This document shows positions 48,171 through 64,000 of a stretch of DNA of 64,000 nt, in pieces. A model generated the notes under the pieces. That model saw only the letters and a program-made list of their open reading frames with translations. It had not been told where the DNA came from and searched no databases. The DNA comes from the human T2T-CHM13v2.0 reference genome, Homo sapiens. The position numbers were made by a program, and so were the translations under genes. Each line of letters starts with the position of its first letter. The first letter of the stretch is position 1. The stretch lies in the NCBI RefSeq assembly GCF_009914755.1, contig NC_060941.1. One strand, given 5' to 3'.

Positions 48171-51100
48171 CACCAAATTCAGCACAGTGATTACATATGG
48201 AATTAAAGTGAGAAAAAAGTGCTTGTTGAAGATTATACATGGGGCTTCAGCAGTAACTGAAATGATTTCTTAGAAAAAAGATCTGAAGCATATATTACAA
48301 AATGTTAAAATTTGACAAAGTTGGGTAGTGCTATATGGATGTTGGTCACATTATTCTCTATCACGTTATGACTCATTCTCTTTACTTTTCATATTTACAA
48401 TATTTATTAAAAATCTGACTTGATTCATTTTGTGACCTCATATCCTGGACTATTCTAGGTTTTTAAAGAGACCATTGAAAGAAAGCGTTGGGCTTTGACA
48501 TTAAGGTGAAGCAGGTTAATAAGCAGCAGCAGTCAAAGAAATTTGCTCTATTTTATTTTAAAGGAAATACATGGTAGAGGGCAAGGAATATGTGTAAGAG
48601 CAATTTCAACTTAAATTAACTGAGTTTATATTTTAAAAGGGGAAGAAATTCACAGATTTTATGCGTGGCTGCTTTCAGACTGTGCAATTCATCTGAACAG
48701 AACTCTTGCATATATTATGTGAGCTTTACATGCCAGACTGAACAACAACAGATGTGTTTTCCCTGTTTCAGTTTTTACTACCTTGACAGTACAGCTATTC
48801 TTAGAAGGTGGGAAGCTGGGACTTCTTGGGTCTTTAGAATGTCATGTCTTAAAGTATCATAACTGTTTTCTAGCAACTCCTAATCCACTGTATGAATTCA
48901 CAGCTAGTGGGTGAGACAAACATTAAACAAATGTAACACAAATAAATATCTTGGTCTGGCTCAAAGTTCAGTGTCAGAACGTCAATACAGCTAAAATAAA
49001 TAGAAATGACTCCAAAAAGCTTTGAAAATTAACATAGGTCTTCACTCAGTAATTTTTGAGGGAATGGAAAAGGAGAATTACATTATGGAGGTATACAATT
49101 GTTAGTATTCCTTTCTAAACATCCACAATACATGTCTCTCTCCACAAAGTTCAGGCTTTGTAATCTCCTTTTCCTTTTTACCCTCTCACCCCAATTCCCA
49201 TAAACTCCTCCCCACCTATGCCTGTTCTCTTCTCTTTATTTCATCCCACTTCAGTCCTTTCATACATAGGGCAATAGTCTCCATTCTTAATGGCTTCTGT
49301 CTCCCTCTCCATTCCCAATGCAGTTCAGCCTGATGGAGGTCTATTAGCTGGCTGCGTAATTAAAGGACTCTTCTGTCTTGGAAGGAGAATTTCAAATATT
49401 TATATTTTTATGATATTTTAGTTCTGACAAATGAAGAATCATAAAATTATAAGTTACAGTGGGGACAGATACAATGACATCATCTTAACTCTCTTCGTGC
49501 TGCTTTTGTTTTTTAAATTTGGAAGCAAGGATGAAAGGTGTAAAAGATGATTAATCATTTTGGAAATAGATGCATGACTACAGCCTAAGTCTGTGGTGAA
49601 CCAATCATGCTCTCTTCCTTTCTCTGCGTTAGACTAAGTCCTACATTTCACAACCTTCCACAGTGTTCACTTGATAACTAGGAAAAGGCAAATGGACCCC
49701 ATGGCTTCTACACTCTCCCTCTGTTCTTTCACAGATGTATGCTGGCCATATTTTATGAACTGGAAATCTGGACTTAGGGTCAAACTCATGAAACAGGGTA
49801 TTAAAAATCATAAGTCATCTATCCCAGAAGAGTCAGGAACTATAGTTGCCATAACTAGGCACATATGCTAAGCCCTCACTTCCCTTTGATGTTCTAGATG
49901 CAGCCTTAGAGGGAGAAGTCAGTGGACACAACTGGAGCCCATGGTATCAGGTCTGGACAAACCAGTTTCAAAGCTGAGTGCTCAGTTTTGCAAAGGAAGG
50001 CAGTAACTCTGACTAGCAGCAGTAGAATCTAGGCAGACAGAGGACTCAGTAGCACCATATCTTCATGATGTATTTATTTTTAATTCTACAAATAATATAT
50101 GAATATTCTCTCTTTTTAAAATATTTGGACAATAGACAAAATTTTATAGTAATAAGTGAAAGTCTCCCTTCCTTCTTCCTCTTCCCTATCTGATTTTCTT
50201 CCCCACAGGTAACCATTGTTGGTTTGATATGACTCCTTCCAATGCTACATATACTCAGGTAGCTTTGCCTCTACCTTAATAGTAATCAGATAAATGCAAA
50301 TTAAAACAATTGACAATAGATCATTTGTTTCTTATCACATTTTCATTGCAAAAAAAAAAAAAACAACAACAAAATATCCAGAATTGACTAGGACTTGGGG
50401 AAGGAATTGTAAATTGAAGAAACTGTTCTGGAGGTTAATTTGGTAATGTAAATGCCTACAGACTTTATATCAGTCAGGATCCAGTTAGGAGATGAAAAGC
50501 ATACCAATTATTTGAAAAGGAAAAATTTAATAAAAAGAATTATTAACTAGTAAAAGTGATAAGACACCTACCTGTAAAAGGGATCTAGAAGTAGCAGCTG
50601 CAAAAATTAAAAAAAGAAGCTGCTACATCTAAGCTGAGGAAAAGTGGATCTAAGGACTAGGAGGGTTCCCCTACCCTTAAGCCAAGGCTGAAGTTTAGAC
50701 CTCGTTATAGAGAGCATGTTTACCACTGGAAAAAAACAGCCACTGTTGGTGAAGAAACTTTCTGGATAGCAGGCCATGTTGATCTGTCAAAGAGCCCATG
50801 GGAGGGGCTACCGATGCCTGAGGCCATGGTCAGAGCTACTGTGGAAACAACCACAGAGTGGTGGTGGTGGGGAGTGCGACTTGATAGTGTGGTTGGAGCT
50901 AGTTGGTGAAGGCTGCAGGGCTCCCATGCTGAAGTAAAATTGAGGACTGGGACCCAGAGAAGTGTCTTCCTGCCACTACTGCCTTGCAGAGTTCCTCCAG
51001 CGCCCTCTATTGACAAAGCCTATTATTGTGACAACTGGTAAAGGAGGAATGTCTAGAGGGTCCAGCTCCAGTTTCATAAAGCCCAACAGAGAAAGGTAGG

Positions 51101-51437
51101 TTTGGAACTGAGAGGCAACAAATTCGTAACTGGTACAGACTTTGACTTCTGAATTCCATTTATAAAAATTTGAGGAAATCATTAAAGTTGTATGTAAATA
51201 TTTAGATAAAAAATGGTTATTACAGTATAGAAAAAAATGGAAATAAGTGTAATGTTTGAAAATTGAAAACTGAGCAAAATAATGGTTTATCTATAAGATT
51301 AAGCTGTATTTATTTATTTTCATAAAAAGATGTTTATATCACTAGATGGAAAAGGTGTGTTAATAACAATCATATCATTACCCATTAAAAACATACTTAT
51401 ATATATATTTCTATGTATGCATAGATTAAAACTTTGA

Positions 51438-51758
<321 letters not shown>

Positions 51759-53241
51759 TGTTTGGTGTGTTATACACCAGCTCCTTGGTATAATATCTGA
51801 GTTACAATCGTTCAATAAATATTTACTGAATAAATATATTAGCTTCCTCAGGCTACTGTAACAAATTGCTATAAAGTTGCCACAAGCAACAGACACGTGC
51901 TCTTCCGTAATTCTGGATGCCAGGAGTCTGAAATCAGAACACTTGCCATTACATATAGGGCCTACAAGATAATCCAGACTTGTCTCATTTTGAGATCCTT
52001 AACATAATTACATTTGTCTTTGCAAAGACCCTTTTCCCAAATAAGGTTACATTTACAAGTTTTGGGTGGATGTATCTTTTGGAAGGTGAGGTGAGGGATG
52101 AGTACCACTCAACCCATTGCATGCATAAATAAATATATAGCAACATTTTACATTGGTTTCTTTGGGTGGTGGGATTTATTAATAATCTGAATTTTCTTTT
52201 TCCTTTTTTTTACTTACTAGTATTTTATGATTTTTATGCAAAGATCTTTACACTACTTTAGAAATAAAAGGAAAGTAAAAATGTACTTGGCATATGAAAA
52301 CTGAGAGACTACATTCAAAAATGCTGATTTGATCATCTTGAAGTTATGATTGAACCCATGGTTCACAAACTCCAAGTAGTTGTGTGCACTACAGAGAAGG
52401 AAACAGTAAGAGAAAATAAAGAGCCTCAGGAGGAGGGCAAAGTCATCACACAGAAACCTAAGTTAATTTATGTTCTATGGGTAAGCTACAGACCTCCCAG
52501 CCGAAAGCTGACACACGGAAGCTGATAACCAGAAATCCACGCTTAGCCTTCTGGGCATCTCTGAATTGAGCAAACTTGTGGTCTGCATAACACTTGCCAT
52601 TTAGGACAGCAGTTTGGAATCTTCCTGCACTCCGGACCTCCTCTTCCCCTTCCTTTTTGTGTTACGATTCATTGATGAATTCTTAGAAGGTGCTGCTCCA
52701 TTAAAATAGGAAGGTCTGTGACGTCAAAAGATCTGAGGATAAAAGGCATTTTAAAAGGCTGTCATCTTTCTTTTATTTAGAGAGGCAATCTTTTCAAAAG
52801 GAAAGACAGAAAAACATTGGAATTAGGGCATACTCATCTTTTTATTTCTCTTAAAGCAGTAGATATTTTATTTCCAGTCTCTTCTGGGGACTAGCTTTTT
52901 TTAAAATTTATTTATTTATTTATTTATTTATTCCAAAACCTGAAGTTTAAACCTCTATCTTAAAACATGGCCGAATATCAAGTGTTGGAGTCAAGATTCT
53001 AATGTCATCCGAGAAAAAACACAAATGTCATCTGGGCAGAAGATAATTTAAAAAATAGATTAATTAAAAATAATAACCACCTATTAATCAAAGAAAAAGG
53101 TCATGTATTATGATCTTTAAAAAGAGTTATCTGATTTCAGATTGACATCTGTTAACTCTGAGGTTAACATGTTAAAATGTCAGTGAAATGAGTGGATAAA
53201 TACCTGAAATATAAAAGTACATGATAATTTTTAAACTAGAA

Positions 53242-53465
53242 CAGGGGTTGGCAAATCTTTTCTGTTAGGGGGCAGATAGTAAATATTCTAGGTTTTGTAG
53301 GCCAAATGGTTTCTGTTGCAGTGACTCAACTCTGCTCTTGTACTACAAAAGCAGCCATAGAGAGTATTTAAACTAATGGGCAGGAATGTGTGCCAATAAA
53401 ACTTTATTTAAAAAACAGATGAGAGGTCAGATTTAGCTTATGGGTGGTAGTTTGCTGACCTCCAA
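53242..53465. mobile_element. MER58A-like hAT DNA transposon
   Basis: 'caggggttggcaaa...gatagtaaatatt...tagtttgctgacc'. Confidence 0.75.
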
Positions 53466-56400
53466 AGAGAACATCAGAGGTTTTCAATAGTACACCAATA
53501 ATAGTGGCTCTCTGAAATTGAGGAAAGCAGATTTTTATCTGCTTTGTTGCTTTTCTTATAAGAAGGAAATGCCAACATATTTGCAGGTATTCATACTTTG
53601 TTTGGGAGATTAATTTGTGCTAAGTGATGATTGACATAAAAGGAAGGAAGAGAAAATGAACCTTTGTGAAATAAATGGTTGGATTCTCAGAAACAAGGAC
53701 CTTTTCAATGAATTCTATTGACAATACTCTTGGCCATTATGTTCTGGGAACATATTTAATACCTGCCTTAGAAATTAATCTTGTTATATTGAGCTTTTAC
53801 CATATGGAGTTATGTGTTGAATGATTGTGATTTATACCATAATATAGCTGAATCTGGACAGTATTCGGTAATGATGCACGCAAAGGGCCTCGAATGCATT
53901 CCTTTACTTGTGATGTTATTAATTCATTCTTACTCATTTTTCCTACATATTTGATTGCAAGATAAAACTTAAATGGAAAGTAAGACAACAGAAATGGACA
54001 TTTTGGAAGGACTGTTGATGGAATATGGTTTTATTCTGGGTTAAGAGAGATAAAAAACCAGAGAGGACTGAGCACATGAATTGGAAAGTGAACTGCTTTG
54101 AGTAAGAACATCTGTGTTTGGCAGTTTTGGTAAGTTGAAGAAATCATTAACCTACCTCTTCACTTTGAAAGTAAATGATTTTATACATATTTAATCAAAT
54201 CAAATAATACATGTTAACTTGTACAGCCTCTTAATATCCAGCTGGGTTTTCTGGCAAGGAGATGCTGAAACAGAGTTAGGTCGTCAAAAGATTAGTTGGG
54301 CAGAAGGAACTAAGATCAGATAGATGGTGATGCAGGTCTGATGGTGTCTATCAGCCCAATAGAGAGCTCTGGAACAAAGAGGGCCTGTTAGAGAAGTCCT
54401 GTTATGGGTAGAAGTTTTGTGTCATGCATTGTTCAATCATTGGCAGAGCTGCACTGAGAAGTGATCTTCACTTACTGTGTTACTCAGTGATTGGCCAGGA
54501 GCTAGCCCAAGAAGAGTATGACCTTAAAATGGAGGTAGACCGTGATGGAGCTGTTAACCAATCCCACTCCTTTCAGCTAGGCAGTGAGTCCTTTCTCACC
54601 TCACACTTCTTGTAGCTAGGAATCTGAGCAGGCCATCTCTAGGTCTGACACATCGTTTTAACTTTCTCTCTCTTCCTTCCAAGTCTCATTGGCTGACTTC
54701 TCTCCCTCTGCTTTTTGCATTGAGGTTCTCTAGAAATCAGTGCTTATTTTCCTCCCCATCGTATAGATTATTTCTGGAAGATCTCTTCCACTTCCATGGC
54801 TCTAACGTGACCTCTCATCCTCTGTGGGGATTACCTATAAACTGATAGTGATTTAATGTATCATTTAGGATTGTACTTTGGGGGATAAAACATAAAACCG
54901 AAATGTAAAACAAGTCTGGGGGTGCTCAGTCCAGGGTTGGTACGGAGGCTCCACAGTAATTAGGAATCAAGGGTCCTCTTATCTTTCTGCTCTATTTTCC
55001 TGCTATATGGCTTCCATCTTCAAGGTCACATCATGGCCAAAATGGCTGCTGGAGCTCCAGCTATCACATTCTTGACCTCAGCAGAAGAAAAAAGGAAGAA
55101 TGAGAGGGCAAAAAGTCTACCTCCCATTTGAGTTACACTAGTTAAAGTAGTTTTCTTAAAAGTCCCACACAGCATTCCTACTTAACATTAATGAACAGAA
55201 CATAGTCACATGGCTACATCTAGTTACTAGGGAAACTGAGAAACGTATTTTTTTTTTTTTTTTTAACATTGTAGCCTCTGCAGGAGAGGAAATCATGCAA
55301 GAAGGGGTTTGGGATGGGTATTGAGCATGTACATCCCAGTATCTTTCACACTCCCAAACCTGGGTTTCCAAATCTTTCTTCTGAGTTTTGGAAACATGTA
55401 TTTCCCTGGCTACTAGATATTTCCACCTGTATGTTACATGGGCAACTAATTTGAACATGTGCTAAACTGAACTCCAGTATATTGACCCACAATAATTACA
55501 GTCTTCCCTTTTATACAATTATGCCGTTAACTACTTGGTCAACCTACGTTCTCATTTTTATACTTTTCTGTTTCCCTCAATTTCCATACTCAATCTTATG
55601 AATTCTCTCCTAATTATTTTTCGAATATATCCTTTCCCCTCCATTGCCACTTTCAGAGTCTTTGTTCAGGACCTCATGATTTTCTGACTAGAGAATTTTT
55701 ATTTTGCTTTACTAATCTCAGTCTTGAACATTCTGATCCATCCTTCATAATGTTGCTGAAGCTATTTTTGCAAAACACAAATCTGATCATCCTGTTCCAC
55801 AGCTGAGAGTCTTACACCATCTACACTATTAAGGCCAAGCTCTTTCAGAAGGCATCTTTCATGATCTGACAACTGCTTCTACTTTGGCTTTATCATTGGC
55901 CATGTCTTACCATGTACTCTGTGTCTCATCCATGCCATGGTGAAATGGCCAGAACACCCAGGCAGAGCTAAGCCATGTTAAGACAAATCTGAAATTCTGT
56001 CTGTCTCACCTATCTGTACTATACCCCCTACTTTGGAGCTCTTGGAACTCATGTCCTTCTAACAAAGCTCAGCGGAGTTCTTCATCCTAATGAAAATGAC
56101 AAAAGGCTTCTTGATGTTAGGCGAAAACTGATGAGTTGGATTTGCATATGTTGCATTAAGCTGATGGTATGAAATCCAGGTGGAAACATCTGGTGCCCTG
56201 AGAGTCTAGGGGGTGGGGAAGTTTGCAAATAAAGATTTTCATAAGGTCAGCATAGACCTCACAATATATTCTGTGAAAATGGATGAGGCAGAAAGTTTCA
56301 GAGGAATGCTTCAATGTATTTGGTTGCAAATAATACAAACATAGCCAATAGTTCCCTACTTATATCTATACCTGTTGCCATTCCAGTATGTGTGTAGTTG

Positions 56401-57137
56401 TAATATTGACTTGGCAGTTCCAGATGTCAGGACACAGCACTGGCTTCTGTATTCTTCTTGACCTTTTCTCATGGTGGCAGGATGATGCAGCTCAATGCTT
56501 TATGTTTTTAATGTGGGAATATCCCAAGAAGAAAGGGAAGGGAAGGAAGAAATGTTTTTTCTCATTATGTGCCTTTTATAGGGAGTCAAATATTTCCCAA
56601 GACCCTCTTGGAGGTCTTCCTTTTACCATTGATCAGAAATGGGCCATGTGCCTGCCCTTACATCAATCGCTGCCAAAGGGGGAGAGTTTCCCATGATTGG
56701 GGCTGATCAGTTGTTGATAGACGGTGAGAATGGCAACTGAAAGTGCCTGCCACAGAGTTCACCAAGACTTAGGATTGAACCACAGTTTTAAAAGAAAGAA
56801 CATGAGGCTAAGGTCAGAATGTGATCAACAATGTCACATGTAGCAAAGATGTCAAGACAAATGAGGACTGAAGAAAGACTGAGAAGTGACAATGAAGAAA
56901 TTGTTCTTGAACTCTAACAGCAATTATTTCAGTTGAGTGATTAGGCTGAAAGCAGAAGGTCAGGGAGCTATGGAGCAATCCAACAGTGTGGAAACACAGG
57001 TAGAACATATGGGGCGATGTTTTTAGTTTTCTGAGAGTGAAAAGAAGGTGAGTGAAAGGGTAAGATAGCTAGAGGTGGGAGGGGACTGCAAATAAAGTGA
57101 GAAATGAGAGTTTTTTTTTCAAAGCAGGGAAACCTGG

Positions 57138-57474
57138 TGATATGATTTGGCTGTGTCCCCACCCAAATTTCATCTTGAATTGTAGTTCCCATAATCCCCA
57201 CATGTTGTGGGAGGGACTAGGTGGAGATAATTGAATCATGGGGGCGGTTACCTCCATGCTGTTCTTGTGATAGTGAGTTGTCATGAGATCTGAAGTTTTT
57301 ATAAGGGGATTTTCCCCCTTTTGCTTGGCCATGTGAAGAAGGATGTGTTTGCTTCCCCTTCCGCCATGATTGTAAGTTTCCTGAGGGCTCCCCAGCCATA
57401 CTGAATTGTGAGCCAATTAAACCTTTTTCAATCTCAGGTATGTCCTTAAAGCAACATGATAATGGACTCATACA
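57138..57474 (+). mobile_element. THE1B/C-like MaLR solo LTR
   Basis: TGATATGATTTGGCTGTGTCCCCACCCAAAT...GGACTCATACA. Confidence 0.85.
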
Positions 57475-58494
57475 TTTGGCTATGTTTAAAGGTAGGGGGT
57501 AAGGAATCAGTGGAGAAAAAGAGATAGAAAGGATGTAAGAGGAATGGAGAAAAGTGGATATGCTAGGTACTATGGGGGATAGAAAAGAGGAAGACAGGCA
57601 TATAATTCAAGGCTGGAGGGAAGGATGGAAAAAGGTAGGTTTGCCTGTATTTTGAGAGGATGACAAAAGAAATACAAAGGCTTAAAATAGCATTTAGAGA
57701 ATCAGGAGGCCTGGTCATCTATGGAATTTATTAAGAAGTAAAAGAGGAGAGGAGAGGTAGAAGAAAAGAATAGGTTAGAAAAGTGACAGATTAAAATGAG
57801 AGGAGAAGATCTATAAAATCAAAAATGGGGAAAATTCTCCAAGTTTAGAACAGGAACTAGAAAAAGTAAACAAACCCCAAACAAAAACACAAGTCCTGGG
57901 AAATTAAATTTAATGACCAAAGAGAAAGGAAGCCAGAAACCTATAAATTTCCGTGAGAAGGGAAGGGTTACAGATGAAGAGAAATTTGACATGGAAAATC
58001 CATTTTTGGCTTTTCCCAACCTCATGCTGTTTGTGAAATAAATGATGTTTCTCAAGCCTTAAATGTTTCAATTTCCTGAGTTGAAAGATGCCATGTTACT
58101 GTTATACTATTTATAAAGTTATAAAGTAAGGCTTTGTTTGCTCAATCTTACTCAGGATGAGAAAATGGAAAATATGCCTCTGGGATAGAATTCAAGTCAG
58201 TTAAATTGAGACACCTATAGCATATGCGTAATATGTATGAGATGTTAGGTTTGAGATGACCTAAAAAACAGCATCCTCCCAACCTGCCTCAATTGGAATG
58301 TGTTGAAAAATAGACATAAGAATCAAACAGATGTAGATAAAAATATCCCTTTTGTTACTCATAAAGCTCTATATCATAGGGCATAGCTTAGATCTAGCCA
58401 AGAGGCTTGCATGCACTACCCTGAGTCAAATTTATATCAGTCCCCCAAACTGGAGGCCTTTCATGCAGGAATAATCCTGTCCCAATTAGGGACA

Positions 58495-58555
58495 TCTCAG
58501 TATATCCTCATTTGTTCTTTCTGGATGGCCAAGAACAAATGAGGATATACTGAGA
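58495..58555. repeat. Perfect inverted repeat, 25-bp arms, 11-nt spacer
   Basis: TCTCAGTATATCCTCATTTGTTCTT-tctggatggcc-AAGAACAAATGAGGATATACTGAGA. Confidence 0.97.
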
Positions 58556-58822
58556 AAGCAGGTTTCCTATAGGTGGCTGGATTTTCAAAGAGAGATTGGG
58601 GGGGTGCTAAGTTAAGCAAACTCAAATCCTTTCGCCAAACTCATGAATCAGATAAGTCACCTCTTCTTCTCTGGGCAGAGTCATTGAGGAAGGCAGGGAG
58701 AGTCCTGCAGTCTAGCTCTAACTGACGTCCTTCCCATGGCTTGCAGGCAGATGAAGTTTCCTCCACAAAATAAGGAATTGTATTAGGGACAAGGGCACAG
58801 GATATATAAAGATAAAGAACAT

Positions 58823-59128
<306 letters not shown>

Positions 59129-59596
59129 GAACATGCCCATGCCTGAAGAGCCAAGGAACTTATAAGCTAGCATGAAAGAGAGGAAATGGCATGAATAGCA
59201 ATACAGACATACAAACATTAGGGCAGGTGGTAGTCAGTGAAGGGTGAGGGAAATTGAAGAAACTGAAGTTGTAAGGGACTGGAACGTGAAGACCTTCACA
59301 AGATTTACCAGGGAATTTGGTCTTTATTAGACAAGCAATAGGAAACCATGGGAGGTTTCTGAGCAGGGGAGTGAGAAACTGAGTATCAGAAAGCAGTGTG
59401 TAGGATGGGTTAGAATGGAGGAAGGGCTTGAGGCAAGAGGAAATGAAGACCTGAATAAGGCAGTATTCAAGAGAAATGTTGGAGATGGAAACCATGGAAG
59501 ATTGGATATGAGATATCAAAGGACATGGGAGAGTTAAAGGACATTCCAAGACAATGAGTTTGTTTTAGGATATATGGAGTTTGGTAGGTTGGAAAT

Positions 59597-59627
<31 letters not shown>

Positions 59628-60231
59628 TTCAAGACTGTTAGAAGCAAACAAAGAAACCCACATAGACAAGAACAAATACATAAGCATTTACTATGGGGTG
59701 AGCCCTGTCCTAGGGTATAGAGATAGCAGCAAAGAGGTCCAACCTGGTCCTGGTCCTCATACAGCTTACAAGTGATCCAAACTGTTCTCATTTGTGAGTG
59801 GCAGGGCCTCAACTCTCATCCATGCAGTGTCCTAGATACTTAGGAAATATCTCCAAGGGGATGGGCCCAGAAACAAATCTCTCTCCTGCATTCACCACAT
59901 TGCATATGTTCCACCCATACTCTCTGCCTCCAGCTTCCCTTTGTTCTATTCCCATTGCCCGAAAAACCAGTGCTCACGAGATGATCAATGTCACATGCAA
60001 GGGTGCGACTCAGGTTAGGGCTTCCTGTATACTTTGTGTTATGCCTTGTCTCCTGCACTCATCAAGTTTCTCTTCTATTGTCCAGAGTTTCACAGCAGCT
60101 GTCATGGCTTGTCTCTAATGTCTTCACTCCATATTCTGGAGCTTCAAGGGATCTGGTGAAGTGGATGGTGCACAGACATTATTTCATTCCCATTCATGTG
60201 TCCTTTATCACTTCTTTCAGTCCATTCCCTA

Positions 60232-60233
<2 letters not shown>

Positions 60234-60293
<60 letters not shown>

Positions 60294-60305
60294 AGAAAGA
60301 GAGAG
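60234..60305. repeat. Compound (TG)n(GA)n microsatellite
   Basis: Seen directly. Confidence 0.95.
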
Positions 60306-60437
60306 GTGTGATCTACACTAGCAGCTGACAGCTCCAAACACTTTGTTACTTAAGCAACTGCAACAAAGTACAATGATTGTTTAGTGAGGGAAGGTAAAGA
60401 GCATTACAAGGGTAGATTGTACTGGTGATAAGAGTCT

Positions 60438-60990
60438 AGAGCAGAGATTCTAAACTTTTGGGGTTCACAGAGGCCTTCGTGTTTTAGCAATTCTTTTAGA
60501 GTGCCCCATGGCAAAATAAATACCTAAGAGTTCCATTTATTAAGTAGTTAAGTCCTGATATTTTAATAAATTTTCATGTCCTAACAACTTAGTAGCTGCT
60601 TAAAAAGATACACAGGGCATACTGTAGAATGAAAACATATTTTATTCTTAAAGACCATGGTTACTTCCTAGTAACACGTGCATGCCTGTTGGGCGCTGCA
60701 CAGCTTCTCGAACCTTGGAAGCAGATTGGACGTTGCCACCCTCGTTTCTTTTTTCACGTTGAATTCATGTGGTACTTGCTTCTTAGATCACATCTGCCAC
60801 CCCAAAGCCAACTTCACCAAAATATGACACCATCAAAGGGAATGTAGTGACTTCATGTGGAAACTGTTAAGTACCTCTGACTAGGAATTCTCCCAGTGTT
60901 CAGCAGATGCCAGCCATCGTTGTGTTTCCCTTGAAAATTTAAAATATCCCAGAATGCTCCATGTGAGTTTAAAACAATGCCCTGGGGCAC
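60438..60990. mobile_element. Probable old hAT-family DNA transposon fragment
   Basis: 'cagagattctaaactttt' terminus and body resembling remembered hAT elements; subfamily not assigned. Confidence 0.4.
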
Positions 60991-62034
60991 CTTAATATGT
61001 TGGGATGGGTGGTCAAGGAAGGCCTTTGGAGTGAAAGAATATTTGAATCAAGATGTTACCAATGAGAAAGGATAGTTCAGGCAAAAGAGTGCCTGTAAGA
61101 GCCTTCTTAACAGGGCAATAGCATTTATGAAGAAGTCTTCTTTGTGAAGGAATGTGGTGAGTTTGAACAGTGTATCTGCATTTCTAGAGCACTTATCACT
61201 ATCTGATTTTATATTTCTATATATCTAGAAATCTATATCAATATGTACCATATATACATTTATGAATATTACAAACAACATATACTATATATTCTATGTG
61301 TCTGTATTATAAATTAATCTATTCACCTATCATTCTATTATCTATCTGTCTATCTATCTATCTACCTATCTACCTACCTATCTATGAAGACACACACATG
61401 CAATCATTTCCTTGCTGTTGCAGGGGATAAGAAAGGGAGTTCACTGGGCATGAGTCACATGGTGTCTTGCCCAGGCTGTGAAGCCTGGATTTGTAGCAGA
61501 ATGAATGAGCATGGTTTTAGAATTTCCTCCAGCAATGTTTGACAATCCAGGAGCAGAAACAAAGAAAATGGATGGTTGGCTTGATTCGGGGTCAGGAATT
61601 GGCAAAATAGATGTGGCAGAAAATCAAGAGGTTTGAAGCTGTGAAGATTTGGAATGTTCATTGCCTTCACCTCCAAGCATGATTTACACGATGGCTTGGG
61701 GGAGCTGTTATTGGCAGGGAGGCCTTTGTGGCTCGCCAGTTGCCTGTCTTCCCCATGGCTGCCCAAGGTCACCTACAGATCCGAGGTTGCAACTGCTCCT
61801 TCTGACTTTATGTCAGCGTGGGAAGTGTGGCCTCACTCTGGACAAAGACTTCCAGGTCCCTGGGATTTATCTCACTCCTTCAAAGGATCACACTAGCAGA
61901 TTTGTCTGAAAGCAACAGCATGAAAAATAAGCTTTTCCTTGACTTGCCAGTTTTGGTTTAAAGCACCAACAACTTGACAAAGCTTACTTCCAAATGCTTT
62001 ATTTTTTTGTCCATATACATATATTTTTACATAT

Positions 62035-62598
62035 TATGGTAAGCAGCTTCTAAAAGGGCTCTCAGTGGCCTCTGCCTCCTGGTTTTCATGCCCTCATGGA
62101 ATAAAAGTGTGAGCTGAACCTAGTGACTTATATCTAATGAATAGAATAACGGCAAAAGTAATGGTGTGTCACTTCAGAGATTAAGTTACAAAAAACTGTG
62201 ACTTTTCTCTTATTTGCCCTCTCTTGCTCCCTCACTTACTCATTTACATAAAGCCATCTGCTGTGTGTGACCTGCCCTCTGCAGAAGGCCATGGAGCAAA
62301 GAAACAATGGTCACTTCTGGCCAACAGCCAGTGAGGAACTGAAGCTGTCAATCCAACAAACCAGAAAGAACTGAATCCTGCCAACAACCAGTGAGCTGGG
62401 AAATAGACTCTTCCCCAGTCAAGTCTTGGGATGACCCCCAGCCCCAAGTAACACCTCCATAGCAGCGTGTGACTGATTCTAGGGCAGAGTCTAAGTTGTG
62501 CCTGAATTCTTGACCAACAAACAATGTAAATAATTAATGGTGTTTTAATCCTTTAAGTCGTGGGATAATTTGTTACATAGCAATAGATAATGAATACA
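62035..62598 (+). mobile_element. MLT1E/F-like MaLR LTR
   Basis: 'tgtcacttc.gagatt', 'gaactgaatcctgccaacaacca' and terminal 'gcaatagataatgaataca'. Confidence 0.7.
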
Positions 62599-62847
62599 CA
62601 AACGTCACAAACTGTAAGATGCCATTAATGGTAAGATACCTTTTATTTTATGTTCCCCAAATAAGAAACACTCCTGCCAATATGATCTGCCAATATGATC
62701 TGTCATAAGATGGATAGCGCACTGTTGATTTTAATACATAGCATAATTTCAGAGATGTGTGAACAAAATGTGCATCTTACAATCAGTGACACTATGGTAG
62801 TTGTAATCATCACATACACAAATTTTATATAATGTATTTTTTCCTAA

Positions 62848-63954
<1,107 letters not shown>

Positions 63955-64000
63955 TCTAAGATCTTTTTAAGATCTTTTATTTATTCATGATTTGTAAAGT

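Overview
Human (primate) genomic DNA, recognisable as the 5' end of FAM20A (Golgi FAM20-family pseudokinase, activator of FAM20C; 17q24 from memory). The only protein-coding sequence I can support is FAM20A exon 1 on the minus strand (ATG at 37531, splice donor after 37128, 404 coding nt), inside a CpG island at about 36.8-38.4 kb. Positions 1-37127 are intron 1 and everything beyond about 38.4 kb is upstream sequence. The rest is mostly interspersed repeats: about 25 Alus or Alu fragments, MaLR LTRs (THE1/MST/MLT1), an ERV1-class solo LTR, L1 remnants, DNA transposons and microsatellites. I found no convincing wholly new biological system. The best leads are: (i) an intact 960-bp HERV-K(HML-2) LTR5_Hs solo LTR with a perfect 6-bp target-site duplication (TSD), 3.3 kb upstream of and co-oriented with FAM20A; (ii) a perfect 25-bp-stem hairpin at 58495-58555; (iii) a motif-rich ERV1 LTR pointing antisense inside intron 1; (iv) two local duplication or inversion scars that repeat families do not explain. 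Repeat subfamily names and boundaries were assigned by eye from remembered consensus sequences and need RepeatMasker/Dfam confirmation.
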